Part shown: piece by piece, positions 1 to 11,363 of the stretch
How the letters are laid out: each line of letters begins with the position of its first letter
Position numbering within the stretch: the first letter of the stretch is position 1
NCBI GenBank assembly: GCA_905331295.1
Contig: CAJNYD010000597.1
Span: forward strand, 1 to 64,000
DNA: 64,000 bases
From: Rotaria socialis
Taxonomy: Eukaryota
Reading direction: 5' to 3'
Position numbers and translations under genes: made by a program
The notes under the pieces: generated by a model
What the model was told of the DNA's origin: nothing
Seen by the model: only the letters and a program-made list of their open reading frames with translations
Database searches by the model: none

Positions 1-1134
1 TTTTTTGCTTTGTTCCAATGCAGTGAGTTCGTTGACTTTGCCTTGTGCTCGATCAAGTAATTGTTGTGTATCTTGCATTTTTCTTTCTAGAACACTTAGC
101 TGATTTTGATGATCCACCAGTACATCTTCCATCGACTGGTAAGTTTTTTCAAGTTGTCGTTTTTCATCTTCGAATGCCTTACGTTGACTTGTCAATTGCT
201 CTAAAGTTTGTACTGCTGGGGAAAGTTCATCACGCAATTGTTCGACATTCTCATTAAGTCTTTCGATTTCTTGATGAAGTGTTTCAGTTTGTTCTTCTAA
301 TTTATCGATGTTACGTTGATATTCTTGAATTTGAGTTTCAAGTTGAACAACGCCAGCTTCTTTCTGTTTTAATACTCGTTCTAACTCTTGAATAGTTGAC
401 TGAAGTTGTCCGAATTGATTTTGTAAATCCTTCTGCTTGAGCCAGAGTTCATTGGTAAGTTCATTAATCTTTTCAATTTCTGTCGTCATATTTTTTATTT
501 CTGTTTCAATATTTCCCATTTCTTGATGAAGTTTTTCGATTTGTTTTTCTAATTCCTCACGTCTATGTTCTTGTTCTTTCAGTTGTTCTTCTTTTGTATT
601 TAATTCTTGCCGAATTTGTTCGATATGTTGTTGTAATTCTATTAGAGACATTTCTAAATAACCTTGTTGCGTAACTATTTGAGTCTCGCGTTCTTTGATA
701 TCGTGTAATTGTTGTTTCAGTTGTTGTTCTTCAAGTTCATATTTAGTTTTCGCTTTGTTGAGTTCTTGTATTTCATGTTCAAATGTAATTTTTTCATTTT
801 CACATCTCACCATATTTTCTTCTTCTCGTTCAATTTGTTGCTCAAGTTCTAATTTTTGCATTAATAATTCGGCCTTCGAATTTTCAAGATCATTAATACG
901 ATCAACTTGTTGTTCGAGTTGTTCTATTTGTTTGGCACTTTCACTTAAAATTGAATTCGTCTTTGCCACTGTTTCACCTTTGGAGTTCTCAAGATCTTCC
1001 TTTTGGCTTAAAAGTTTTTTATTTTCCTTAGCACAATGTTGAGCAGCTTCTTCTCGTACGTGTTGTAGGCGCTGGTAGTCAGGTGATTTAATGTAGAAAA
1101 AATCATCGTTATCATTATCATTCGATGCAGCCAT
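1..1134 (-). CDS. Long coiled-coil protein, 3' end runs off the window
   Basis: ATG at 1134 directly follows a tttcag acceptor of a probable 63-nt 5'UTR intron (1197-1135). The frame reads MAASNDNDNDDFFYIKSPDYQRLQHVREEAAQ... and is in the same frame at the window edge (...LLDRAQGKVNELTALEQSKK). E/Q/K/L-rich heptads. Absent from the ORF track because no stop lies in the window. Confidence 0.75.
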   Translation of the reverse strand, partial: MAASNDNDNDDFFYIKSPDYQRLQHVREEAAQHCAKENKKLLSQKEDLENSKGETVAKTNSILSESAKQIEQLEQQVDRINDLENSKAELLMQKLELEQQIEREEENMVRCENEKITFEHEIQELNKAKTKYELEEQQLKQQLHDIKERETQIVTQQGYLEMSLIELQQHIEQIRQELNTKEEQLKEQEHRREELEKQIEKLHQEMGNIETEIKNMTTEIEKINELTNELWLKQKDLQNQFGQLQSTIQELERVLKQKEAGVVQLETQIQEYQRNIDKLEEQTETLHQEIERLNENVEQLRDELSPAVQTLEQLTSQRKAFEDEKRQLEKTYQSMEDVLVDHQNQLSVLERKMQDTQQLLDRAQGKVNELTALEQSKK

Positions 1135-1645
1135 CTGAAATTGAAAATCTACATAGAATAAATAAAAGTAATTTTCGAAATCTACCAAGAAAATGACCTG
1201 AAATAACAAGAGAATCTTGTGTTCATTTCAGAGGGATGTTCGAGACCTTCCTAAAATTACCACTTCAGACTGTAGGTTTTTATAAATATGAAACCAAGTA
1301 GCAGCATTTAAAATAGTCTTTTATTCGAATGATAAACCCTGTTATTAATATATGGTAGGCTCCCTCGGTATATCTAAATATAAATTAATATACATGGGAA
1401 TAAAACCTTGAAAAAGTAGCATGATACAATGAGCTACGCAATAAAACGGTTTTTTTTCATTACACATAGCGATTTTTTTACGATAACGTGTGCCCCATAC
1501 TAAATGGCCGGTTTTCTCACCAATGAAAGTATATAGAGTTTATCCATATTTTTCACTTATTTATACATCATGTATTTGCACTGTTCGAGATCTACATAAA
1601 TACAAAAGATCAACTCGATAAGTGGTTTTTAGATTGAATTTAAAT

Positions 1646-2056
1646 ATGAAGTCTAAAGATATACGAAAAGTAGTACTGTAAATGACTCATGACGGTATGT
1701 CATCGCTACAAATTGCTAGACAACTACGAAAAGTGGTCAGTGAGCGAACTGTCAGATGATGGCAACATTTGCATAGAAGCACCTATACAATTGATTTGAA
1801 AACGCCTGCTGGTGGACACAGAATTATACGAACAAAAAGTCTCATTCGAAAAGTCAAGAACAGGTTTATTTACAAAGGTCCACAAAATGCAAGGAAATTA
1901 GCTAATTCACTTAGTATTTCGAAGGGGACAATTGGTCGCATTATTCATGAGGATCTTCATTTACATGCTTATCGTATTACAATTGAGCCAAATCTAAATG
2001 ATGAACATAAACAACGAAGTGTATCATTTACATATTGAGTAAGAAAGCTGTTAGCA
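1646..2056 (+). pseudogene. Tc1/mariner transposase N-terminal (double HTH) relic
   Basis: MKSKDIRKVVL*MTHDGMSSLQIARQLRKVVSERTVR*WQH...NARKLANSLSISKGTIGRIIHEDLHLHAYRITIEPNLNDEHKQRSVSFTY*VRK. Typical Tc1 DNA-binding region with three in-frame stops; the DDE domain is absent. Confidence 0.75.
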
Positions 2057-2115
2057 CAATCCCTGTGGTATTAAAATGTGAAACACGACAAAACTCGTTT
2101 TCTGGAATCCGTCTA

Positions 2116-2447
2116 CCACGGTCTGTGACAGCCTGTGGAGCTTCTCTGCCACGGTCTGTATCTGTATTATGGTGTATGAAGTCTCTAGAGACAATCGCAG
2201 ACCGTTGCACAGACTTCAGAAGCCATCACAGATCGTGACAGAGAAGCTTCACAGGCCATCACAGATCGTGACAGAGAAGCTTCACAGGCCATCACAGACC
2301 GTGACAGAGAATTCAGACACCATCACAGACCGTGACAGAGAATTCAGACACCATCACAGACCGTGACCGAGAATTCAGACACCATCACAGACCGTGACAG
2401 AGAAATTAATTAATTAATTAGCTAACTAACTAATTAATTTCTCTGTC
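2116..2447. repeat. 31-33 bp tandem array with inverted copies and an AT-rich hairpin (foldback/MITE fragment)
   Basis: Units ccatcacaga(t/c)cgtgacagagaa... start at 2223, 2256, 2289, 2320, 2351 and 2382. Reverse-complement copies lie at 2116-2160. Palindrome gacagagaaattaatta...taattaatttctctgtc at ~2396-2447. Confidence 0.8.
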
Positions 2448-2454
2448 CCTATCT

Positions 2455-2523
2455 GGGGTGGGGGGGGGGCGGGGGGGCCAAATTTTTACCCTATATACTT
2501 CGACACTCCTTTCAGATCGTGTN

Positions 2524-2616
<93 letters not shown>

Positions 2617-2659
2617 AAATTTTTACCCTATATACTTCGACACTCCTTTCAGATCGTGT
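2455..2659. other. Scaffold join / sequencing artefact (poly-G, n, poly-C)
   Basis: n at 2523 is followed by ~90 C. The same ~45 bp (ccaaatttttaccc...cagatcgtgt) occurs on both sides (2478-2522 and 2615-2659). Confidence 0.85.
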
Positions 2660-2881
2660 TTCACAAAATTATTCAGTCCAAATTTTGTTTTCTTCGACAG
2701 AATGGAAATCGTGGTATAGATAGTAATATGGCAAAGGAAAAACGAGTTAAAACGGGGGCAAACAATTTACATTTATTTATAGAAATGATAGAAAACAATA
2801 TTGAAAGGAGTCTTTTCTTTATTTCTAGTCATAGATATTGAATATATCGATATATGTTTAGAACGGAAACATGTATATGTA

Positions 2882-4713
2882 CACTGATAAAAAAAAGCGC
2901 TGAATGATAAACGTTTAAAGCGTTTATGAAAATGCAACGTATGATATACCCTTTCTATCGTTTAGCAGCATGCGATAAACCCTTTTATCTACCCATCAAG
3001 AGACGAAATAAAAAGGTTTATCATAGCGTTTATACGACTGAACAACTTTAAAAGGGTGTATCATACGCTGCATTTTCATAATCCCTATCGAAGATGTTAG
3101 AGAGTACTCTAACAAGTTATTTATTTATTTATTCTTATTTATTCTTGTTTCGTCTTTATACGTTATATGTATTTGTTATATGTGCAATTCAACTCGAGGT
3201 GCACATACTCCAACAGCTCTTTTTCATCCTTTCTTTCCTCTCTCTGCATATCTCTCTATTGTGTCTTCTGTCCTCCCGTGCGTGGCGACGTAAATAATGG
3301 CATCGTTTCTTCGACTGGATTTTAAGTGCATTTATAGAATGATGCACCACCATCTTTATATACAAAATAGTCTAGTTGAAGAAGTAAATGCCTTTTCTTC
3401 CTTTGTTTCTTCTCTCTCTCTCTCTCTCTNCTATCTCAATTTTTTCAATATCTTCATATTAAACACAAAAATGCATGTTTATCCTTCCTCATTTTTGCTG
3501 TCACTATTATCTACACTGCTATATTGTAAAAATCAAACACATCGCTAATGTAAAAATATCGATGATCGAATAAGACTACTTACCAGCCGATATCAAAATG
3601 CTTATTTTTTAATGTTTTTCTGCAAGAGGTATTACTTTGCATATATATATATATATATATATATAGACGCTACATATTTTTTCTTTTTTTCTAACATAAA
3701 CTGTTTACCTGACTTAATGAAGTGTGACTCTAATCTCGCTACTTCTTATTTTTGCATATCAAAACATTGTTTCATGTACACCGCAAGCTCACCAAATAAG
3801 TGGTTCATATTTTCCTTTCGGTTGTGACCAGTGCAAAACAAAAACGATGGGCATCTTACTATTTCTTTTCATCAAGTTAGCGCGTGGGTGAGTGTATAAA
3901 ATAACATTAACCAGACACAGGCTTTCACACCGACACGCTAAGAAACCATTTTTGACGCAAAGCTAATATCATCAATCCCTGTACGTAGAGTAATAAACCT
4001 TTCCGATCAAACAGTAGAACAATCGATCTCTCTACGTAGAATGAAAAACCCTTTCGATGAAAGAACGGAAATATCAACCTCTGTACGATGAACAATGAAC
4101 TTCTTTCAACAAAAGAGAAATAGAATCAACTATCAGCCGACGATAAAACTATCCCTTGAGATACGAAGGTAGATTAGTCTATATTTGTCAGTAGAATAAA
4201 AAAAAACTGTCAACGAACAGGCATAGAATCGAGCATTCACGTACAGTACTAAACCCTTTTTATTAAGACGTAGATGAATCAACTGTTGAACGTGGAATAG
4301 TAAACCCTTAGCAGGAAATGGTAGCAGAAGCTACCCTTAGGCGTAGAATAATGAACTGTTTCTGAGAAAGGGTAGCTTACTCTAGCCAGAAAAGTAGAGT
4401 GACGTACCCTTTTAACAAAAAGGGTAAAATAGTAAACCCGATGACGAAGAATAAAATACCCTTACCTTGAAAGCAAACAACAATTTACTATCATCCGTTG
4501 ACAGATATAATTACTCTTATCTTAAAATCGTAGAATAATGAATCCTTATGTACCCATCGTATACCCCTTGAATTTTCATAAACCCATAGCGTCATAAACC
4601 CTTCGACTAATAAACGCTAAAAGGGTTCATCACATCGGAATAAACCCTTGAAGGGTTTAATGGCGACTTTTTAAGTACAGGGGTAGATCATTGCCCAGAT
4701 TGTTTTATCAGTG
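2882..4713. mobile_element. Non-autonomous CMC/EnSpm (CACTA-like) element
   Basis: TIRs CACTGATAAAA / TTTTATCAGTG with TA on both sides, and many subterminal aaaccct/agggttt repeats. Spans an n at 3430. Confidence 0.65.
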
Positions 4714-5359
4714 TAGGTCGTTATATCCGATACCGAATCCTACCGGCCGACAGGATTTCATCGCATTACCCGGTTGAGAAACTCGAATCCGTCATTAATT
4801 CTTCGATCCGAGCTTCCATTGATCAGAAATCGGGTCCATCGTAAATTCAACGATTGTAGTTAGACTTTTTATTTCAACTCCGTTCTTAATTCTGATGAAA
4901 GTTCGAAATAGATTATCGAGGCTGAGGAAACCGAATCCGGTATTATTTATTCGGGCCGAGCTCGCATTAATTCAATAATAAGTGGTAAGTTATAAGATTC
5001 GGCTGCTCTTTTATCTTCTGGTATATGTCACAATTATCAATGGAAAGGTAATATGAATCTTATCAAATGAATTCAATATTTTCTTTATATGGGAATATAA
5101 CAATAATCAATTGAAGAACAAGTTTCAGATGATAAAATGTATTAATATTTTTATCTACTTAGGTATATATGAATTATTGATTTAGTGATAAGGTCAATCT
5201 TACAATTTAAGTTACTCTTCCTATTTTTGTTTAGGATCATCTCAATAACAAGTAATGGCAATACCCTTTTCGTGGGAACAAAGGAGAAAGTGCTGGCTCG
5301 CATTCTACTCACAACAAATCTAGGTAAATATAAGACATCGAATTCAGTGGTTTAGCATA

Positions 5360-5470
5360 GTAATTAGGGTTAAGGCTAGAATTAAGGGTTAAAGATAGAA
5401 ATAAGGATTATGGATAGAATTAAGGCTAGAAATAAGGACTAAGGATAGAAATAAGCATAGAAACAAGAGG
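5360..5470. repeat. Degenerate ~18-19 bp minisatellite (taagggttaaggatagaa-like)
   Basis: Reverse-complement relative of the ctaacccttattctatac array at 11638-11776. Confidence 0.6.
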
Positions 5471-5837
5471 TTAAATACGAAATTATCCGTTGGTTATTGC
5501 ATTAGCCACGATTCCTAGACTAATTGAGTGTGATGAACTATATTTTACTACTCTAGATCCATCTTTGGAAGAAAAAGGAAAAGGTTCCAGATAGAACTAG
5601 TTTTTGCTGGAACCTTAAATGGCACAGAAAATGGTACCCAAATCTAGAACCTTAAAAGGTTCAGTGCGATACCTTTTTTCTTTCTGAGTACGTGAACTAC
5701 CAACGTTATATCACGAATTAAATAAGAAGGAACTACGCATGGTAGTCGAATTAAAATGTTTTTTCTCACAATGACAATATAATCCGTGGATGTATGTTAC
5801 TGGTCAGCTCAACTCTGAATAATTTTTCTGCCATAAT

Positions 5838-6076
5838 CCCATGTAAAAAAATTTATGGTAGAAATCAGATTAAAATCGATTGAAAAATGGTTGAAAATCG
5901 ATTATAATCATACACCTTTAATCGATTTTTAATCGATTGGGAATCGATTATAATCAAAAATAATCCAAAAAACAAAATTTTCATCGATTATTCCTATTAT
6001 TTTTGATTATAATCGATTTTCAATCATTTTTCAATCGATTTTAATCTGATTTCTACCCTAAATTTTTTTACATGGG
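5838..6076. mobile_element. Palindromic MITE with CCC...GGG termini and 2-bp TSD (AT)
   Basis: About 70 bp near-perfect inverted arms, cccatgtaaaaaaattta... / ...taaatttttttacatggg, flanked by AT on both sides. Confidence 0.85.
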
Positions 6077-6205
6077 ATGGATACCGTTTCATGAGGGACT
6101 GTTTTGTATGAGATCTTTTATCGATACTCAAAGTTTCCAGAATTTTCGCTCTTCGAGCAGTACGAAAAATAACTAGAACTAGCTATTCTTTGATAAATTG
6201 AGCCA

Positions 6206-6470
6206 CACTCTGAAAAAATAGTTTTTTTACGGAACCTAAAAAGATTCTTCCCGCGGGCACACCGGAAGAACCCTTTTGGGTTTAGTATAGAACTTTAAAA
6301 GGTTTGGTATTGAAGCGTCAAAACCTTTTCAAGATTTACTAAACCTGAAAGGTGTTGCAGCTTATAAACCAAACCTTTTAAAGTTCTATACTGAACCCAA
6401 AAAGGTCTTCCGGTGTGCCCGAGGGAAGAACTTTTTCAAGTTTCATAAACAACGTATTTTTTTTAGAGTG
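6206..6470. mobile_element. CMC/EnSpm-type MITE, CACTC...GAGTG, 2-bp TSD (CA)
   Basis: Long inverted arms (gggcacaccggaaga / tcttccggtgtgccc; agtatagaactttaaaa / ttttaaagttctatact), with CA duplicated at both ends. Confidence 0.85.
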
Positions 6471-7746
6471 CATTCTTAACTAAGACCGTATTAGTTACAG
6501 AAAGACGACTTTCACTTTAGTTTAGTACCATCCAGAAATAAACATTAAATACATCGTGCACATCTAAAACTGACTTTTATAGATTCATCTCCTCCTGGAA
6601 AATCACGCTGATTCCGCAATACTTTTACAAAAAACCCTCTGACATCGATATGCACATATGTTCATAAATACTGACATCTGCACAAATATCTGCGTCAATA
6701 CATTCCTATGTTCAATCTTGAAATATCTGCACATTTGCACATCAATATTTTTTAAATACAAATTAAGTGGATGACATTTTTCCTGGTGCTTTTTCAAATG
6801 AACCACTTCTACAGCAAAATTTGACTACACCCTCTAGTTCTGGCAAAAAATACATGCAATCAGTTTATTTTCTGCATGCTACCTTAGTTAATAAATTGCA
6901 GCGAGCAGTGTATCTTGCAGAGAATTCAAGTGATCTGTAATGTTCTTTCACACGAACTTTTGGGAAACGGACAGTTACGCGCCGGCATTTGCTCTTTAGG
7001 ACAATTGGTCGCTAGGACGGTTGCTCACTAGGAGAATTGATCGTAGTTCAGATTTTAGAAAAATTATGAATAGTATAATTCGATAACAGTCACAGCATAA
7101 TATAATTTCTTACTGGAGAAAAATCATAATCATAAATTAATTGATTTAATTGTTCCAATATTGAATTAATCGTTTCAATATTGATTGAATTGATGATTCT
7201 AATAAATTGACAAGTCGTATTCAACGGAATAAATATATATTTAAGTACCTAACACAAACTAACAGAATCAATTCATGTAAAGCAATAATGTCAGTCATTT
7301 TAGCAAAAACTTCAAAAAAGGCACCTTTATTAATACACAATGGCTATTCATATACGATTGATAGAAAAACTATAACAAAAATTCTTTGGAAATGTGAATA
7401 CTCCAGAAAATATGCTTGCCATGAACGTTTACATACAGAGTTAAATTATGAATTTATCAAAACAGTTGACGAACATGAAAATCACGTCGGCAATTCGCGA
7501 TGCGCAGCAGCTCGCAAATATTATGAAAAATTAAGACAAGAATCAGAACAAAATAAAACAAAGTTTCATCATATTTACAACGAATTAAAAATCATATGCA
7601 TCGAACAAACAAAATCGTAGAAGGATGGCATAGAAAATTAAACTGTGCATTTCAATGTAGTCATCCAATTTTATGGACATTTTTAGACAAGTTAATCAAA
7701 GAAGAGAATAACATATATTCGGAGATTTTCACTGCAATGGCAGAGC

Positions 7747-8540
7747 CCCAGGAGGTTCAATAGTGCGATCGTAAACGGTCGTAAACTGCCGTAAATCGCC
7801 CGGTTGGTATCAACCTTATTACGGGTCGTGAATCGCCGGGTCGCATACGGCAATTTACCGTGACCTTTCCTGTGCATTAAAATTTCTGCCTACCAATACC
7901 AGAAAGAAATTAAAAATGCGTTTAAAGTCATTTTTTGCCACGACATCGTCAAACGTATTTTCCCAAAAAAATGCCTTACCACACTCTTTTATATCGTAAT
8001 CCATTCCTTTGGACACGAAAACGACTAAGTTACGAAAAAAAAACACAAAAATGCATTTAAAGGCATTTTTTTATGAAATTAAGATTTCGGAAGGGAGAGT
8101 AATAAATATGAACGCCCTACTTTGTAGAATGATCACCAATCAATTTTCCACACCGAAATGCATTTGAGTCGATGAAAAAGTGGAAATTGGGAGAAAAAAG
8201 TCTAGAAAATGCTTTCGTCTGCTTAACTAGCATCTAAAACTGATAAGTTGCTGGAAATGCAAGGCCGTTTCTCTCGGTGATGAAAAGAGATAATGTAATA
8301 AATTCAGCGCAGGTTGGTCTGTAGTGATATTTCCTAGTACGATCCAGTAATTTCGATTGAAAGTCGACCCTTTTTTGGGAAATGCAAATAATGCGTTTAA
8401 AGGCCTTTTTAGTGCAATGACTATTCTCAAGAGTCATCATTCGGTTCAAAATAAAAATTTTGGCATGATGAATGCGAAAGCAAACTCAACGCAAGTACAA
8501 ATGGAGAGGTTGGGGGGGGGGGGGACGCAGAAGGGATTTN

Positions 8541-8592
<52 letters not shown>

Positions 8593-9106
8593 CCCCCGCC
8601 GCATGGTAGTTAATCGCGGTGTCAGTTTCCATTAGTACGGATCTAATTGGTGCCCAGTGATCGCGTTGAAAGCGTCGCCATTCGATTCAGAATAAAATTT
8701 TCCACATAACTCATGTAGAAACAGAGTTAACACAAGTGTAGGCGCGAAGTGTAGAAGAAAAATTCAGTTTCCCTGCTCATTTTTCTGGTGTTGCTCTGGA
8801 TCAGACTCATAAATCTGCTACTACATTGATGAAGTAGACGTTGGCATCGAATAAGGCTGCTCATTGTGGACTACAGTAAAAGACGGCGGTAGGACACGGT
8901 TACAGTGTACGGTTAGCATATACGATATCTTACGTTATTTTATGAACTTCGCTTACAGGCATCGTATACGCACGACCGCCGTAAAGGACGACAGTTTACG
9001 TTAATAGTTTATGATAGTCGTAATACGACGTAACACATCGTGTACAATAACTGTAAATGATCAACATATACTACGGCCGTTTACGACCGGGCGGAATTGG
9101 CCTGGG
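7747..9106. mobile_element. CCCAGG...CCTGGG non-autonomous element nested in the MULE
   Basis: Inverted termini and subterminal cgtaaacgg/ccgtttacg repeats; it interrupts the transposase C-terminus. Contains a scaffold join at 8540 and the TSD is not clean. Confidence 0.6.
8511..8600. other. Scaffold join / homopolymer artefact
   Basis: Poly-G, n at 8540, then ~50 C; same pattern as at 2523. Confidence 0.8.
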
Positions 9107-9225
9107 ACGACAACCACCAAAAAGAAAATATGCATCATTCAACAGAAGACTTCGACGAATAGTAGAAAATCCGCATCAAAACGTTTGCGGCCAATTAACA
9201 TGCATCGGACGTTTATTGTCTCTAT

Positions 9226-9952
9226 TAGACCTGTGACAGCTACCAGTTCCAGCTCTTTCGAAAAGAACTGGTGACCAGTTCCAGTTTTTTTCAAAGGAAC
9301 TGACTATGCAATACGAGTAAAGTTCTCAGTTCTCAACTGTCACAGGTAGGGGTGGGCCATTAACATTAATTTTATATTAATGTTAATGTTTTCGTTAATA
9401 TTATGGATTATATTTTCATTAATCATTAATATTAATGTTAATGTTTTCATTAAAATCAATGACTTAATATTAATGGTTAATGTTTTCATGAAAGCATTAT
9501 AACTTTCCATATTAAGTAATTAACACTTTCGGAGAAAACATTAGCTATTAAGATCAGTTAATTGATTAATAATTGTAGATAATGTTTCCTTAGAAAAGCC
9601 TAATTCAGTAATATGGAAAAATTAATGTTTTCATGAAAACATTAACATTAATATTAATGATTAATGAAAATATAATCCATAATATTAACGAAAACATTAC
9701 TATTCATACTAATGGTGAATGTTTCCGTTAACCGTTAATATCATTCAAGAACATTGACATTAATATTAATGATTAATGAAAACATTAATTTTAAAATTAA
9801 TGTTAATGTTTTTCATTAATCATTAATATTAATGAATTAAGTTTTTCTTAGAAAACATTAACCATTAAGATTAATGGCTAATGGAAGTCATTAATTAATG
9901 CCATTAATTAAGTTCCGTTAAAAAAAATGGTCCACCCCTAGTCACAGGTCTA
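9226..9952. mobile_element. hAT-type MITE, 8-bp TSD GTCTCTAT
   Basis: TIRs TAGACCTGTGAC / GTCACAGGTCTA; TSD at 9218-9225 and 9953-9960. Removing it restores the transposase end TTG TCT CTA TAA. Confidence 0.9.
9347..9940. mobile_element. hAT-type MITE with attaat-rich body, 8-bp TSD GTCACAGG
   Basis: TIRs TAGGGGTGGGCCAT / ATGGTCCACCCCTA; TSD at 9339-9346 and 9941-9948. It therefore sits in the right TIR of the enclosing MITE. Confidence 0.9.
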
Positions 9953-10182
9953 GTCTCTATAAAAATTTGTATTTTTTGTTGATTATATTTATTGAATTTC
10001 TCTTGTATTGTCAACTAGTGATAATATAATTAACAATATCTTTTTTTAATTTCGTATTTCTTCTACTTTACACATTACGACCAACTCTCCTAGTGAGCAA
10101 CCATCCTAGCGACCAATCGTCCTAACGAGCAAATGTCCACGCGTAACTGTCCGCGACCAAGTGTCCTAAATCCGAACTTTTG

Positions 10183-10739
10183 CTAGCAATGGCTAATCAT
10201 TCATCAATGCCTCTTTGAGGCGTCATTCACGATTAGCAGCTGCATACATTACCAATAGACCATTGTTTCCAATTTATAATCAACCTCTATTGAGCACATC
10301 TTACCGCGTTGTTGAGACAATTTATCCATCCTGTCATTAATGCCAGCAAAGCTAGAGTGCATGCCTTTGTGCATGCTGTCTACATTTTTATAATTTGCAG
10401 CACTTAAAGTCGCATTCAAGAGACTCGTAAATTGCAATAACTGGCCATTCAATTCTGTGAGACTATTTGAGTATTGACCACTGTTCACTGCCTTGACAAT
10501 TTTGTTATGATCCATATATTTATCTACGACGCTTTGGCACTTCGATATGCAGTCGTCTAAAATTTTAGACGCATCCCTTGATAATTGACTCGAGTTTTTT
10601 TATCCAGCATATCATCTAGTGCTTGGGTTGTTTTCAATAAACGCTCACATTTTTCTGGATTCGCTTTTAAGTTTTTCGAGATACGTATGATACCCATGAT
10701 ATCGAAGCATAGCGCATGTAGATCCGAAACTGGGCCCAT
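10183..10739 (-). pseudogene. Frameshifted gene with an MLKL/RPW8-like N-terminal four-helix-bundle domain
   Basis: One frameshift in the T7 run (10595-10601) joins KNLKANPEKCERLLKTTQALDDML to SKILDDCISKCQSVVDKYMDHNKIVKAVNSGQYSNSLTELNGQLLQFTSLLN. The downstream exon has stops and is cut by the MULE. Domain call by pattern recognition only. Confidence 0.5.
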
Positions 10740-10920
10740 CTGGATTGATTTGAAAAAGAAGATGCGTGTTTTAATCTAGAAAACGCAAAGAAGCATTTTT
10801 AGGCAATCAATACATATTCATTCCTCGTTTATACTCTCGAAATAAACCAGTAAGAGTCTGTATTTCGAATGTGTTTTCACTAAAAGCAGACATTTTAAAA
10901 ATGCCAATTGAGAGGTGTTG

Positions 10921-11110
10921 GGTTGCGTGAGTTCTAAACTCACGAATCTCTTCGGAACTCTACACCAACATTATTTAGTAATAAATTCCACAGAATTCAT
11001 GGAACCCCCTGAACTGCTGAACTTACAGAACCCTAAGGACTCGCAGAACCCCCTGAAATCCTGAACTCACGAACTCCCATCAATTGCTGAACCCACGTGG
11101 CTCACGGACT
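10921..11110. repeat. gaactcac/gaaccc-rich repeat with an inverted partner at ~18075-18200
   Basis: ggttgcgtgagttctaaactcacgaatctcttcggaactctaca matches the reverse complement of 18156-18199. Confidence 0.7.
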
Positions 11111-11363
11111 TCATGGAACCTAACAAACGTTCGATAGTAACTGAGCTGTATGTGATGCAGGAAACCATCAGAATTGTTGGAACACATCCAATACTACAAA
11201 TGCTTTAGGGTTTCCATTAGGGAGACGTGATTTTGATTCCAATCCTTTAGAAAAGTCGATTTGGTGATTCCGACAGGACTCCATAAACGCATTGAACCAT
11301 AGCTGGGCAACTCAATTAAAAAGCCGAGCAACTGTACTGAACTCAATTCAATTAATGTACCTA

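Larger units (their letters stand above)
7288..9225 (+). pseudogene. MULE transposase remnant (FLYWCH finger plus C-terminal part), split by an insertion
   Basis: 7288-7560 reads LLIHNGYSY...WKC......C...LHT...H.NH (FLYWCH). 7599-7745 reads HRTNKIVEGWHRKLNCAFQCSHPILWTFLDKLIKEE. The frame resumes at ~9105 as GRQPPKRKYASFNRRLRRIV...GRLLSL. The DD core is deleted. Confidence 0.85.
6963..10173 (+). mobile_element. Internally deleted Mutator-like element (MULE) with 9-bp TSD
   Basis: TSD GAACTTTTG at 6954-6962 and 10174-10182. GG...CC termini and ~80-bp repeat-built TIRs (6968-7047 vs 10076-10173). FLYWCH and RTN..EGWH transposase remnants inside. Confidence 0.9.

Noticed and set aside
45..1042. 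Plus-strand ORFs 45-257 and 695-1042
   Set aside because: Antisense shadows of the minus-strand coiled-coil gene.
2223..2404. CRISPR-like array of ~32-bp partly palindromic units
   Set aside because: Units are head-to-tail with no unique spacers, there are no cas genes, and the context is eukaryotic.
2430..2841. Poly-Pro and poly-Gly ORFs
   Set aside because: They are translations of homopolymer runs at an n join with duplicated flanks, i.e. an assembly artefact.
3095..3114. Perfect 20-bp palindrome tgttagagagtactctaaca
   Set aside because: Isolated inside a transposon near a gap; no function can be supported.
5360..5470. TTAGGG-like telomeric array
   Set aside because: The period is ~18-19 bp, not 6, and the related array at 11638-11776 lies inside a transposon.
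8357..8635. Poly-Pro ORF
   Set aside because: Same artefact at the n at 8540.
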